NCBI RefSeq assembly: GCF_006345805.1
Contig: NC_043007.1
Coordinates: 61,442,001 to 61,506,000, forward strand
Reading direction: 5' to 3'
Length of the DNA: 64,000 bases
From: Octopus sinensis
Taxonomy: Eukaryota
The position numbers and the translations under genes were made by a program. Below, one piece after another: positions 44,560-59,042 of the stretch; positions within the stretch are counted from its first letter, which is position 1, and every line of letters starts with the position of its first letter. The notes beneath the pieces were generated by a model. It did no database searches. It was not told where the DNA came from and was given only the letters and a program-made list of their open reading frames with translations.

Positions 44560-45770
44560 CGTGGTGAGTTGTAATGTATATAAGAAATTAAAAAAGGAAA
44601 ATACGCACACTTACATAGTTTTAATATAATTTTTAATATATCGACCGGTTTCGCTATCGTTATTCATGATATTATGTTTTACTTATTTGAATATGTATTT
44701 TTTCTTAAGAAGAAATTTGTGTGTGATGATATTTACGAGTGAATGCCTTCACAGGTAAAAAAATAAGGGGAGGTAATTGGTTATCGTTATTATTGTTATT
44801 GTTGTGTGTAAGGGAGATAAGTTTAGCTTTCGATAATGGGAAAGGAATATATATGTACAGAAAAAAACAAGTTTCGAAAAACTTTTGTGAGGGGATTTAT
44901 GTACAGTGATGTAATCGTGAATTGAAATATGTAAAAAGATAAAAGTTGATTATGCGTGCATATTAAGACGTGTTCTGTATTTTTCAATGAAAAAAGTTTC
45001 TTTATTTAAACGTTCTTGTGGGGAGATTGTGTCTTTGCACTGGTAGAAGGGTAAGACTGTGAAATTTGGTTTGATGTTATCTACACATTTTTCTATATGT
45101 TCACTGAGAGCAATTTGCCTGTATTGCGGGAAACAGATTTACTCTTTATGTAGAGTGGTTTTCTTTTTCAAGGTCATACTCGTTTGTCCAATATAGTTAT
45201 ATTCGCAACCCGAGCAGATTATTACATAAATTAGGTTCTCAGAGGCACAAGTAAAAGTAGTTTTAATTGTGAACCTCTGTCCTTGTTTGAAAAAGTAGGT
45301 TGGGGCAGGTTCCACAGTTTGGGTGTCCACATTTTTCAACTGTTGGTTTCGTGGTTATTTTGTAAAGCTTCACATTTGTTAGTAGTCGCTTTAGCGATTT
45401 GTCTTGCTTTTTGCATTTGATGAGTTTGTGTGCTTTAAACGTGCCAAACAATTAGTCATAAAAACACTAAGAACAACAAAACATAGTACCACACCTCATC
45501 TCAAAACATTACTATTTATATCAACACACAACTCCAGAAACGGTGAGGCATTCGACACTATTGTGCAAAATCTTCCTTTACTAACTAAATATCCAAAAAT
45601 GAACGACATTCTGAAAACGCAACATGGACAAAATTTCTACTTAAGAAAAATACATATTCAAATAAGTAACACATAATATCATGAATAGCGATAGCGAAAC
45701 CAGTCGATATATTAAAACTATGTAAGTGTGCGTAGTTTCCTTTTTTAATTTCTGATATATATATAATTTA
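44560..45770 (-). mobile_element. Penelope-like element fragment with inverted terminal segments
   Basis: FTCASENLIYVIICSGCEYNYIGQT (GIY-YIG) and KCGHPNCGTC; 44580-44710 is the inverse of 45630-45755. Confidence 0.75.
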
Positions 45771-45905
45771 TTATTAAAGCTGCAAAAACATCACAATATG
45801 ATGTTCTTGCAGCTTTAATACTAAAGCATATTACTCTACCTCAGGTATTCGAGTACTATTTTTTCCCATCTTGTTTCACATTTATGTGCTTACTTTGGTA
45901 TATTT

Positions 45906-45993
<88 letters not shown>

Positions 45994-46543
45994 CATATAT
46001 ATATATATACATATATATGCCTCTGTGTGTGTACCTATATGTATGTATGTATGTACGTGTATGCGTGTATATGTATATGCATATATGTGTGTATATATAT
46101 GTAAGTATATGTGTATATATATATACGAATATATGTGTACACAATTGTTGTGTGTTGTGTTCGGTGTATGTATGTATGTATATATATATATATATATATT
46201 GATTATAAGGAGTATAAAGAATTGGAACATTTAAACTTTATCTTTATTTCCAGTTAGGTTATTCGTAGTAATTGTCCGACCCTATTTCGACTACACTAAC
46301 TGCATATTGTTGTATATTTATATGCAACGATTTATGCATTTTTAGTACGATTTCTTCAAGGTATGTAAATACTACATTGTTCGAAGAAGAATGTTGCTCC
46401 ATTACTAGTTTGAATTAGGCTTGGTAGCAATAATAAACCATGATATTCTACGATGAGATGTTTTTCTCAACTGATAATTACTAGGTAGTAAAAACCACGT
46501 GGTTATTAAAAGAAGTATTCAGTTGTATTTTAAATTCTTCTAA

Positions 46544-46580
<37 letters not shown>

Positions 46581-47464
46581 GTTTTAAAGTGCTTTTCGGT
46601 CATATTATATATGATCTTATAAACTGAATTCTATTCATATATTCTTTATATGCGTCTTATTATTATAGTTATGATAGTTATGTTTAGAGAAAAAAGTTTA
46701 TTGAAATATGTAAATTCATGCATTCTATTATTTAAATATTTCACAAAGAAAACAGTGTTTGTGTAAGCAAGTAAAACTTCTTTCTTGTCTAATGTTAACT
46801 AATTTATTTTTCTAAGTAAAATGAAAACTATCAAAATGCAATCAGACTATAAAGTATGTAGAATCAATCAAAAATAAGTATTCTATAAATAACCTCTATC
46901 CAACTAGCCACGAACATTTGCCAACTTCAACAAACACTGAATTTTGCCCACCGAATCAGTTGAAAAAACATCTCATCGTAGAATATCATGGTTTACTACT
47001 ACTACCAAGTCTAATTCAAACTAGTAACGGAGGAAAATTCTGTTCAAACAACGTCATACGTATATACAAATAATGCATGAGCGAATAATGCATGAATCGC
47101 TGCATATAAATATGCAATAATATGCAGTTAGTGCGATAGAAGCGCGTGTCGGGCAATTATTATGAGTAAACTAAATTGTAATAAAGATAAAGTTTGAATG
47201 TTCCAATTCTTCATTCTCCTTATTAACAATATTGTACTTTACACTCTAAGTAGCCAAAAAAATAAACTGGAACATCGGATGGAAGCTGAAGCAAGTTGAC
47301 CCAAAAATGCATCATCTGAAGGAACCAGCCTTAGCTTTTCACTCAGAGAAATTCGGAATCTGATCTGCCTGGATATTATATCCCTCCTCTTACAATATAT
47401 GTGTATGTGTGTGTATGTGCGTGTGAGTGAGTGTGTATGCGTGTGCGTGTATGTATATGTATAT

Positions 47465-47545
<81 letters not shown>

Positions 47546-48213
47546 TGTGTGAATAGATGTCTAGGTACACACATTCATGTATATGTATATGTGTCTGCGT
47601 GCTGGGCCTTTGAGCGTGTGTCTTTCTGTATTTGTGAGTGCCTTACAGTGCATATGTATATACATACATACATACGTACATAGATGCTCACACACACACT
47701 TATATATATCGTTGCTATTATGCAATATGTCTTAAGTCCAAAACGGTACTTTTTTCAGAAAACGAAAAGGTTTCACTATTTCATAGCAAAACCGTTGTAC
47801 TGTACTTTGACAATTTTTGATATCCTGGCACCTGAAGCAGCAGGGGATACGATAGTTTGACGAAAAAAACCTGCTATCGCACCAAAAATAAATATTGAAA
47901 AAAAACGTATTTGGCCAAATTTGGACATACGCCAGTTTAACATAATAGCAACGATATATTTCCACTTTATACACATTTCTTATATATCTCTTTATTGACT
48001 TTCCCATAGTTGGGGCCCTTTCTTATATAATCACAAATGTAATTCTTTCCTAAATAAATTGCACTTCGGTCTGTAACAGCAAACACACTGAATAAAACAG
48101 AAATTCATTGACATATTGACATTTAAACCACGTCATGAAGTTGGAGATGTTGCACATTAGAACTTAATCAGTGATCAACAAAATCTGTTTGGAAAGAATC
48201 TTTTAGTTATTAC

Positions 48214-48360
48214 CTGTAGTTTTTGAGAGAGAGCATATCTCTTCGGTGCATACAACAGTTCCAGTGGACTTGCAAGTGCAGTGGTTACATTTATCAATGG
48301 CTATGAACGTTTGTCCAATTACGTATATTTTTCCGTTGTAGAGGCATTCTATTTTAATGA
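48214..48360 (-). CDS. Six-Cys module exon with mutated acceptor; in-frame cryptic AG would give 48214-48348
   Basis: Homologous acceptor reads TAA instead of CAG. Frame is open: (IKI)[45 protein letters not shown]; donor CAG|GTAATA. Confidence 0.65.
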
Positions 48361-49301
48361 TTAAAAAGCAAAAAAAAAAAAAAAATTGTGTTAGATTCAA
48401 GATGAAACTGAAGCTTCCTCAATCACAGGATATAACAACAAAAATATTGATCAGCTCAGCCTTTCATATACACAAATATACATAGAGACATACATATAGA
48501 GATATTGTGACGAGAGCCTATCATCTATATACATATCGTGAGTACAACCACTCACCAATTGGTCATGCCTTCTCGATCGCGGTTATATATACTTATAACC
48601 GCGATCGGCATATAAATGGTAACAGAACATAATTTTACCTTAAGACAGAACTCACACACACACACACACACACGCGCGCGCGCGCACACACACACACACA
48701 CACGTGCACACACACTTTAATATTGCGTGAAACCAAGAGGTCGCGTCTGCTAAGAATATTACAATCTACAAGATTTTACTAATCAGGCTTAGTTTTGTGG
48801 TTAAGGAGTTTCCTTCGCAACCACGTAGTTTCTGTTTCAGTCCCACTGTACGGCACTGTGAACAATTGTTTTCTACTAGAAACGCGAGCCAGCCAATGGC
48901 TTTGAGAAAATATTTGTTCTACCGATGGAAATGAAGCTGTAAGTACCTGGATATACCATCGATGCTTTGGCCAGTTTTGATCAGGTAATCCTTCTGTTGC
49001 AGAGTCCCCTTTATCAAGACTACTTTGTTTCCAGTGATCAACAATGATAATTGATTGGCACAGATGGCGGTAGGCGTCCAACGTTCTTGACGACGAATGT
49101 TACGACAGATTGGACTGTGATCGAAAAGGTTTGTCTGCTACGAGCACGCTGAAACCCATTTCTGCCAGACTTCCGTGTCTGCCATCATTTCAACACTGCT
49201 CAAAAACCTATTTCTTTGTACACTGTCCTCGCCTCGACGTTAAAGATGGTAGGCTTAAGCCGGACAAGACATTCCTTTCTCATGATGCAGTGATATATAT
49301 T

Positions 49302-50114
49302 TGTAACGGTAGAATTTAATTAGTGTAACGGTTGAGTCACCAATTTGTAACGGTAGAAGTTTATTTTTTGTAACGGTTGAAATTAATTTGTAAACAATAA
49401 TATGGAACGTCGGAGTCGTAATCAGTTTGTAAGGACTGGTTCTTCGTTGATTGCCATTATGTAAAGATGAAAGAATAGTGATTGAGTTGTGAAGAAAATA
49501 TTTATTTTACCGTTACATTGTAAAATACCTTGCCTCGACGGGCAGGTGATAAAATCGTAAAGCATGCGAAGTAAAGATAGATGTCGTAGATTTTCCTTGT
49601 ATAGTTTGTGTTTGTGTTCCCGTCATTGTGTAGTAGTAATTACAGATACAAATAGAGTGATTTTGTAAGAGAAAATAAAGTGAGCTAGTGAGAGAGTGTG
49701 GGACGAAACAACTGCTTCTTTGGTGGGTTACCATAGTTTTCCTTTTGTGCCCTTTTCTTTTGAGACGGCATTTTGTTCAGCCGATCAGCCAGACTCCGTT
49801 TTCACTAACTCACTAACTGACTTTTCCTTGGGGGGTTCTGGATATGTCTATCCAGAAGGATAGACATATCGTTGAGAACTATAGATTTCGCTGGTGGTAC
49901 TTGTTATCTTAATTCTATCTTTTGGTGGATTATAAGAAGTTACAAGGGTCAAGTGGCGAAGACATTATTTTCCTTAGCTAAGGCATCTGGCAAATGTAAA
50001 CTGCTGTCACAAAAAAAAACTATTGTTTTATTGTGAGAAAAGTGCTGTTGAAGTGTTAATTTAAATTTGGCCATCTAGGATCGAATCTACTTCATGCCTG
50101 CAAGATCCACTACA
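49302..50114. mobile_element. Solo LTR, probably Ty3/Gypsy type
   Basis: Starts TGTAACGG, ends ACTACA, flanked by 4-bp TATT. The paralogous intron at ~39355-39375 lacks the insert. Confidence 0.7.
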
Positions 50115-51416
50115 TATTGCTAAAAATTAAAACAAACACTAAACAGACTGACAGAAATGTAATAGTGATCGCGATAATAAAAAGAATAACTGGGAGCACA
50201 GGTCGAATGCCACTTCTTTTCGGATCTGCTTCAAGAATGCGTTTAAGAAGATAGTTTTTTCTTCGACCTCAAGAAAATGAGTAACAGATTGCCTACAGTG
50301 GAATTATTTTGTCTAATACATACACACGGACAAGCAATTCTTACGAGCGGTACGTGCAAGTCACTGATGGAAAACCTATTGCGAGCTCATTTTTTTTTTA
50401 CTTACACTGTCGTCAATCGTCAGGTGTAAAAGATAACGGCTGTTACCTTGACATGTCCTTTGTTTGCATATGCCGCGATCTGTTTCTCTCTTTCTCTTAC
50501 ATACACGCACACACACACACACACACACACATACACACACACAAACACACACACATACACACACACACACACACAAACGCACACGCGCGCACGCACACAC
50601 ACAAACACACGCACGTGCACACACTCAGAGTAGGTACAGTTCGGCCGAAATGGTTAAGAAGTTATTTTTGTAGAGACGAGATCTCAGTTTCCATCCTAGT
50701 GCATGGCATCCTGCCCAAATGACTTAGACACAGATTGACCCATAAATTTTGACGTATGTGAGGAAGCAATACAGAAACTTGCCAGGAGGATTGTATCTGC
50801 AGTTCCAAAAGGTAGTTCGTCATATATTTGTGTCATTCTGATTTTGCCTTAGAATTACATCAAGGGTATGTGTTTTTCTGGAATACCCAACCACTTAAAC
50901 GTCATTTCAGAAGCAGATTAATCACTTGATCGAACAAGTGAATCCTCATGTTCGACCGATGAAGATCCACCGAACACACATGCACACACACGCACTTATA
51001 CATTCACACACACAAACAGACAGACACGCACATACATAAACATAGAAACACACATACACATAGATACCCACATTTATACACTGCCCCCACATAAAGACAC
51101 CCGCATAGACAAACACCCGTACGCACGTCCCACTGCATATCGCAAAATCAATGGCCAACGTGTATGGAAAGGACCAAGTTGTTGCTACATAAAAAGCAAT
51201 AATTGTGACTGCGTTTCAGGTCATACCAACAACTGTTTTTCTATTTTTAATCGTCCGTTCCAGTTTCTGGTTTGTAACAGCAAACCCACTGAATATGACA
51301 TACACATTGATTGACGTATTGACATTCAACCCTGGTCAAAAAGTTGGAGATGTTGTGCATTAGAACTTAACTAGTGATCAATAAAATCTGTTTGAAAAAC
51401 ATGTTTTAGTTTATAC

Positions 51417-51563
51417 CTTTAATTTTTGCGTAAGAACATATCTTTTCGGTGCATAGAACAGTTCCAGTGAACTTGCAAATGCACTGATTGCATTTATCTA
51501 CGGCTTCGAACGTTTGTCCAATGATGTATGCTTTTCCGTAGTAGCGGCATTCTATTTTAGTTA
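51417..51563 (-). CDS. Six-Cys module exon (147 bp)
   Basis: Acceptor cttttcag, donor AAG|GTATAA. Translation (V)TKIECRYYGKAYIIGQTFEAVDKCNQCICKFTGTVLCTEKICSYAKIK. Not in the ORF track. Confidence 0.82.
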
Positions 51564-51821
51564 CTGAAAAGGAAAAAAAAGGTTGTGCATAAATTCAAGA
51601 TGGAAATGAAGCTACCTCACTCAAAGAATATAACAACAAAAAATGTTGATCAGCTCAGCCTTACACACAATTCACAAATACACATAGACTTACACATATA
51701 CAGATGTGACGAGGAGAGCTTACTATATGTATGTACAAGCATATATACGCATACACACACACACATACACACACACACATATATACATATATATATATAC
51801 ATATACATACATACACACACA

Positions 51822-51897
<76 letters not shown>

Positions 51898-51960
51898 ATA
51901 TATATATATATATATACATACATATATATACATATGCATACATATACATATATCTTTCTT

Positions 51961-52013
<53 letters not shown>

Positions 52014-52449
52014 ATAATATGAGGGGTTTAGTTTACTGGTGATCTAAACGAATAGGTACGCTGAGTTAGTGCTATAATTGGTCATCCGTTAGATTCCAAT
52101 GGAGGTGGAAGGTATTTATGTCTATTTATTAAATAGATGAAATCTAGGTTAGGTGTGGTCAGTGGTCAGTAGGGATAGATAAAAAGAGATGCCTAGCTTA
52201 AGTGGGGTATATACAGGATAAATCTACAATTAAATGAATAAAGGATAAAAATTAAAAATTCAAAACTTAAAAGTTAAAAGTTAAATTAAAAACTAAAAAT
52301 TAAAATTAAAAATTAAAGAATGACCGTGGATGCATAAAGACAAGTATTATATGTGTTGATTTTTGCTTGCATTTGGACCTATGGAAGAATCTAAAGGTGC
52401 GATAGAACTTATGCCTGCATGCAGAAAATGCTTTGTGTTATTTATTGAG

Positions 52450-53000
52450 TAATTGCGGTGAATTATGAATTATATTTGGAGGGCTTCTTTCAGGCAGAGT
52501 CCACATGTGGAGCGCCCGTCTTGGTATGGGACATCAGAATCTATTATGGCCCAGGATATCCTATATGGTATTTTCCTATTTATCATATAGTGTATGTGGT
52601 TGGCTAGGGACGTGGATTTGCTATGCTCTTCATATCTACATGAGTTCAGATGTGCAGAATATCTCTGTATAAAATTAATAGTAGATCTGATGTAGTAGCT
52701 AGTAGAATTATGTAATATGTTGTGGACGATGCGTTTGTATACTACGTTAAACCTTCTGCAGTGAGCATTGAGTCCCGGACTGGCAGTTTCAACTATCTGT
52801 CTTACGTGGGTTAGTCGTGGAGAGGAAAGACTGTGAATTTCCCTGTCTAGAATCGTCATACATTCTCACCTTGTCTTTGATGACGGCGTTGCAAGAAAGA
52901 GTTGGTAGAGAAACCATTGTAACAAGTCATTGAAGATGTGTAGAAGAATTTCTTTGTCTTATTATTTGGATTATAAGTTACTCTTCTCCAAAGACACACA
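52450..53000 (-). mobile_element. Penelope-like element fragment
   Basis: ORF 52470-52859: VVYKRIVH...YYIRST...STSLANHIHY...ISWAII...CGLCLKEALQI (GIY-YIG). Confidence 0.75.
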
Positions 53001-53162
53001 ATGGTGTTACCATCGTGAAACTAGGATTTTCTTCACGTGAAGAATTTCGGCATTGGTTTGGAGCCCGACGCTCGCCCGCACGTGTGTATATGTTTATGTA
53101 TATATGTGTATATGTGTATGCGTATATGCAGGGATATATATTTATGTATGTACATGCGCGTG

Positions 53163-53217
<55 letters not shown>

Positions 53218-53232
53218 TATATATGTGTGTGT

Positions 53233-53282
<50 letters not shown>

Positions 53283-53285
<3 letters not shown>

Positions 53286-53460
53286 CACATGGTCTAGTGG
53301 TTAGAGCAGCGAACTCGCGGTCGAGGGATCGCGGGTTCGAATCTCAGACCGGGCAATGTGTGTGTTTATGAGCGAAACACCAGAAGCTAATGGCGAACCT
53401 ATACGCCAAGGAAATTGGGAAACCGGCTCTTATGAGCCAGGCATGGCTCGAGAAGGAACA
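53283..53460 (+). mobile_element. tRNA-derived SINE, third family; related copy in reverse at ~63490-63815
   Basis: ggcacatggtctagtggttagagc (A box) ... gggttcgaatctc (B box), followed by a non-tRNA body. Confidence 0.75.
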
Positions 53461-53482
53461 AACAATATATATATATATATAT

Positions 53483-53534
<52 letters not shown>

Positions 53535-53574
53535 GCACACACACACATATGTATATGTATATATATATATATAT

Positions 53575-54430
53575 ATGTGATTCAAGAGTCGCCATACATA
53601 GGAACAATTTATCTTTTTATAAGAAACAGTTTATAAGAAAAGGATTTTTTTTCTATTTAACAGGCTCTATATGGGTACCATTGTTTTGAATACACACTGC
53701 AATACGTTTACTCCACTCACTGTGAACTCGTAATAGCACATCTGGTGATATTTGTGCAAAGGAGTTGGTGATGCATTCCTTCAAATGATTTATGTGTTTT
53801 TAGTTTTCCGCGATCAAATGCCCCTAAAGATAGAAATCAAGGGTCATATCAGGGGATCTAGGGGATCTTAGAAACTGTTTCTTATAAAAAAATAAATTTT
53901 TCCTATATATGGAGACTTCTGAATCACCCTGTATATTCGAGGTATGATCAATAAGTATCTAGTTGCCAGAGTAACAAAGCTAAAGCACGCAGAGTAAAGC
54001 CGCTTGGCACAGAGTGATCTTGAATTTTGCTGTGCATGCGCACTAAGTTTTAAAGTTTTAGCTCACTTCCGCTGTTTACAGCACTGCTTGGAAGGAAGGT
54101 GTGTAGCGTGTGATCGTCGCATTGACCATGACAGAGAAAGTTGTCATGGTGATATCTGCTCAAAGGTCTCCGCACAGTTGCAGAAAGTATATGGAGAGGA
54201 GTGTATGAGCCGCACACAAGTGTACGAGTGGGTCAGACATTCCAAGATGGCCGAAAAGATGTCGATATTAATGAACGTTCTGGGAGACCTGCAACCAGCA
54301 GAACTGAGAAAAACATCGCAGATGTGCGTGCAGTTGTGAGGGAAACTCGTCGAATCGCCATCCATAATTTGTCAGAGAATGTGTAGATTAGTTACGGTTC
54401 AGTCCAGTCCATTATCACCGAAGATTTGAG
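53575..54430 (+). mobile_element. Mariner-type MITE (53575-53932) followed by a truncated mariner transposase
   Basis: gtgattcaagagtcgccata...tatggagacttctgaatcac inverted ends; then LQKVYGEECMSRTQVYEWVR and DVDINERSGRPATSRTEKNI. Confidence 0.75.
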
Positions 54431-55778
54431 TATGGAATGGGAGAATACCGAGACTCATTTTTGCAAATGATTTCTGTCTGCTATCGTTCCAAAATTATTC
54501 AATAACAATTTTTTTTCAGTACACTGTCTTCGTATCAACGTTAAAGACAGTAAGCTCAAGCCAGACAAGACAATCCCTTCTCATGATGCACATATTTATA
54601 TTAAAAAAAAAAAATGAAGACAATCTTTGAAAGAGCGGCAGAACATTCGTGGTGATATCGATACTAGAAAGTAATTTGGAGCGCATCGAATGCGATTGTT
54701 GCTTTCTTAATTTTCCCTTAAGTTAGACTTCTGATCTCCTTGACGAATTAATACACAATGACAAGCGGTACGTGCGAGTCACTGATCGAAAAACTTATCG
54801 TGATCTCGTTTTTTTTTCTTTGTGGTCAATCGGCAGCTGTGAAAGAGATAGTGGCTGTCATCTAACACAACTTTTGCTTGCATATCCCAAGATCCTATTT
54901 CTCTCTCTCTCTTCGTCTCTCCCTCGCTCTCTCTCTCTTCTGCATTCACACTCTCTCTCTCGCTTCCTTGCATGCACGCACACACACACACACGCGCGCG
55001 CGCACAACACATACACAGTTGACGCAGTGTGGCCAAAATGGTTAAGAAGTTAGCTTCTTAAAACGAGATCCCGGTTTCGATCACACTGCATGAAGTATTG
55101 GCCAAATGTTTCCTATCAGAATCATGTCGTCTCTTACCTTGTGACTTAAATTGGGAAACTATACAGAAGCTGGTATGGAAGATTGTGCCTACAATTCTAA
55201 AATGGACATTCTTGTCATCCGCTCGTGTCACTGATTCTGTCTGAGAATTATACTAAGCGCACATGTTTCTCCGGATTACCCAACCACTTAAACGTAACTT
55301 AAGAAGCAGTCTACCCACCTGATGGAACAACTGATCCTCATTGTCGTCCGCACGCACACACACTCACACATGCACACGCACACACGCACACACACAAATG
55401 CACACACACACAACACACACACACACAAACACACACACAGACATTTACTCATATATACCTACATAAACACTCACACACCCATACTCATGCATACACGCGA
55501 CATAGCAGAATGAACGGCCAACCTGTACGGAAAGAACCATACAAGTTGTTGCCACATAAACATTAATAACTGTGACTGTCTTTCATTTCACACGAACAAG
55601 TGTTTTCCCGTTTTTTTACTCGTCCCATCTACTTTTTAGTCTGTAACAGTGAACACACTGAATAAAACAAAATGTCATTGACATATTGACATTTAAACCA
55701 CGTCATGGAGTTGGAGATGTTGCGCATTAAAACTAGTGATCAACAAAATCTGTTTGGAAAGAATCTTTTAGTTATTAC

Positions 55779-55925
55779 CTGTAGTTTTTGAGAGAGAACA
55801 TATCTTTTCGGTGCACGCAACAATTCCAGTGGACTTGCAAGTGCAGTGATTACATTTATCTATGGCTATGAACGTTTGCCCAAATATGTATACTTTACCG
55901 TAGTAGCGGCATTCTATTTTAGTTA
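55779..55925 (-). CDS. Six-Cys module exon (147 bp)
   Basis: Acceptor cttttcag, donor CAG|GTAATA. Translation (V)[48 protein letters not shown]. Confidence 0.88.
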
Positions 55926-56499
55926 CTGAAAAGGAAAAAAAAGGTTTTGTACAAATTAACGATGAAACTGGAACTTCCTCAGTCATAGAATATGACAACA
56001 AAAATATTGATCAGCTTTACACATGCGCAAATATACATAAACACATACATATTGAGATATTGCGACGAGAGCCTATTATATATATATTTATTTATATCTA
56101 TTTATGATGGACTTCCCTGTCGAAGGCGATGTATGAGTGTCCAGCTTTAGCCGAACGTACTGTTCAACTGGTTTGTTTATAGTGATCACGTGTATGTACT
56201 GTACATTAGCTCACTCCCTCCATTAAATCAGCGTTGTCTGAACAGGTGCAATGTCTACCTCGCGTGAGGTGTTGACGTGATCGCTGAGCAACGTTAGAGG
56301 AAGTATTTTGGTGAAGAACACAACGCACCACTCGGTCTAAAAACTGAAGTCACGATCCTGCGATCGTGAATGCAACGACCTCACCACTAAGTTATGCGTT
56401 ATCGATCGCGGTTATATATACATATATCTACGATCAAGATATAAATGAAAACAGAACATATTTTTACCTTAGTTCGGTATGTCTACGAGCATCCAAGAG

Positions 56500-57720
56500 T
56501 AGAGATACAATATATATAGGAGTAAAGAATAAAGAAAAACATGCAAAATATTTTGCGAATTAGTCCTAAGAACCACAATTAATATCAACCTTAAAGAAGT
56601 CAACTTCCTAGACATTAACATGAATCTTAACATAGGAAAATTTAAACCCTACCACAAACCAAACGAGGAAGCCTCGTACATAAACATAGGTCCCAACCAC
56701 CCACAAACAGAAATTTTAAAAATTGGTTAACGACATTAGCAGGCGCGTCTCCAATTTATCCGTCGACAAAAACACTTTTGAAAAAAGCAGCACCATATCT
56801 AAGAAGTTCTTAAAACTAATAGACAACCACTTTTCAACAGAAATACTGCTAAAGTTATCTATAGTTGCCTCCACAATATAGGGTCAATAATACTCAATCA
56901 CAATAAATAAAAACATACCAGAAACACCCACGAAAGAGAATGCAACTGTAGATCCTCCAACCGCTGCCCTCTAAATAACGACTGTCTCGTGAAAGAACTC
57001 GTATACAAGGTCAAGATCACGGACCTCAACGAGCAGCAAAGACGTATATCAGAATGACGAGCAACTCATTCAAGGAAAGGTGTACATAACATCTGGCGTC
57101 ATTCAGAGACAAAATAAAAATAAACATGCAGCATCCCAGTCAAATACGATATGGATATTGAAAGAAAGTGAAATAAGCAACCCCCAAACAGAATGGAAAA
57201 ATTATTGCTAAAACCAAAAAATACAGAGAACGGGTACCAAACGTGAACTCTGTATTTCTGAAAAATTAAACATTATACAATCAACAGATAACATCCTAGA
57301 CATTAGGTCTGAAACCTTCTCTCCTTGTATACTTACATAATACTTTACGCTCCAATATTTCAAACAAGAGCCACCATCCACGACGGTAATCTCACCAGAA
57401 TATCCCCTTTTTTGAACGTGAAATCTGAATACACATAGCACACAAATTCCACACAGAAGAAATATGCCCCAATGATGAACTACCTTAGCACACAAGTATA
57501 AGAACACAACATCCAGAACAAAAACAAAATAATGCAAACAAATTGACCGCACAACGATTTGCCCAAAAGGCAAATACTAGGGAGAAATCATTCAAATGAT
57601 GCCAGCTAAGATTCATTGTTTTATTCATTTGAATTAAACAAGGCTGTGCTTTCCAAAGTTGTGGCGAACACATTTCTCCATGTGATCGGCTTGAAAAATT
57701 GTTAAGACACTAGGATATTT
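56500..57720 (+). mobile_element. Penelope-like element fragment
   Basis: KEVNFLDINMNLNIGKFKPYHKPN, CNCRSSNRCPLNNDCLVKELVYK; homologous to 15240-16120. Confidence 0.75.
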
Positions 57721-57810
57721 TCCTACTTTTCTTGATACGAAAACAATGGTAGCCTTAATTCACAAATAAAGAAATTATATCCACCAATGTGGCGTTGAAT
57801 ACTTATTTAC

Positions 57811-57898
<88 letters not shown>

Positions 57899-58895
57899 TC
57901 GTCATATTCCAATTCATCAAACTGTTGAAATTACCATCGGAGTGGAGCAAAGCTGGTAATTGTTGTAAAATACGTAATTTATAATTTCTCGATATTTCTC
58001 TTTACTTGTTTGAAACCATCAAATCACAATTAATTTGTATAGGTGCCTCATCTTTGGAAGTAAAATGTGGTCAGCATAGTTGTTGTTGAAGCTAAGAGTG
58101 TTTGAAAGATAGTCAAGTAAGAGGTATTCTTTTATTCTTTTATTTGTTTCGGTCATATGACTGCGGCCATGCTGGAGCACCGCCTTTAGTCGAGCAAATC
58201 GATTCCAGGACTTATTCTTTGTAAGCCTAGTACTTATTCTATCGGTCACTCTTACCGAACCGCTAAGTGACGAGGACGTAAACACACCACCATCGGTTGT
58301 CAAGCGATGTTGGGGGGGACAAACACAGATACACAAATATATACGTACATATATATATATATCGACGGGCTTCTTTCAGTTTCTGTCTACCAAATCCACT
58401 CACAAGGCTTCAGTTGGCCCGAGGCTATAGTAGAAGACACTTACCCAAGGTGCCACTCAGTGGGACTGAACCCAGAACCATGTGGTTGGTAAGCAAGCTA
58501 CTTACCACAAGCCACTCCTGCGTCTTATTATTTTTCAAATATCTTTCCTCAACTTTGATCCAATCGTAATTGAGGTTGCTAATAAGATATCTGGATAATT
58601 TTTGGTGTTTAACAATCAATATTCTTTTCTCTGTTGGACTCCACGTCAATTTTGTCTCACACTAATGTCTGATTTGATAATTTCCATTTTTCAAAAAACA
58701 TGAAACCTAAATTGGGGTAAAATATTGTAATGACTAATTTCAATAATTTCTTCCTGTAACACCGAATACACTGAATAAAACAGAAAGTGACTGACATATT
58801 GACATTTAACCCTAGTGAAGAAGCGGGAGATGTTGGGCATTAGAACCTAACCAGTGATCAGTAAAACTATTTGGAAAGAATTTTTTAGTTATTAC

Positions 58896-59042
58896 CTGCA
58901 ATTTCCGTGAGAGGGCATATCTTTTCGGTGCATAAAACAACCCCAGTGTACTTGCAAGTGCACTGATTACATTTATCAATGGCCATGAATGTTTTTCCAA
59001 TTATGTATACTTTTCCGTTGTAGTGGCATTCTAGTTTAGTTA
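58896..59042 (-). CDS. Six-Cys module exon, 5'-most in window (147 bp)
   Basis: Acceptor tttttcag, donor CAG|GTAATA. Translation (V)[48 protein letters not shown]. Not in the ORF track in this frame. Confidence 0.88.

Noticed and set aside
53283-53355. tRNA gene candidates here and at ~63745-63815
   Set aside because: A and B boxes are present, but no convincing cloverleaf was found and the sequence runs into SINE body.
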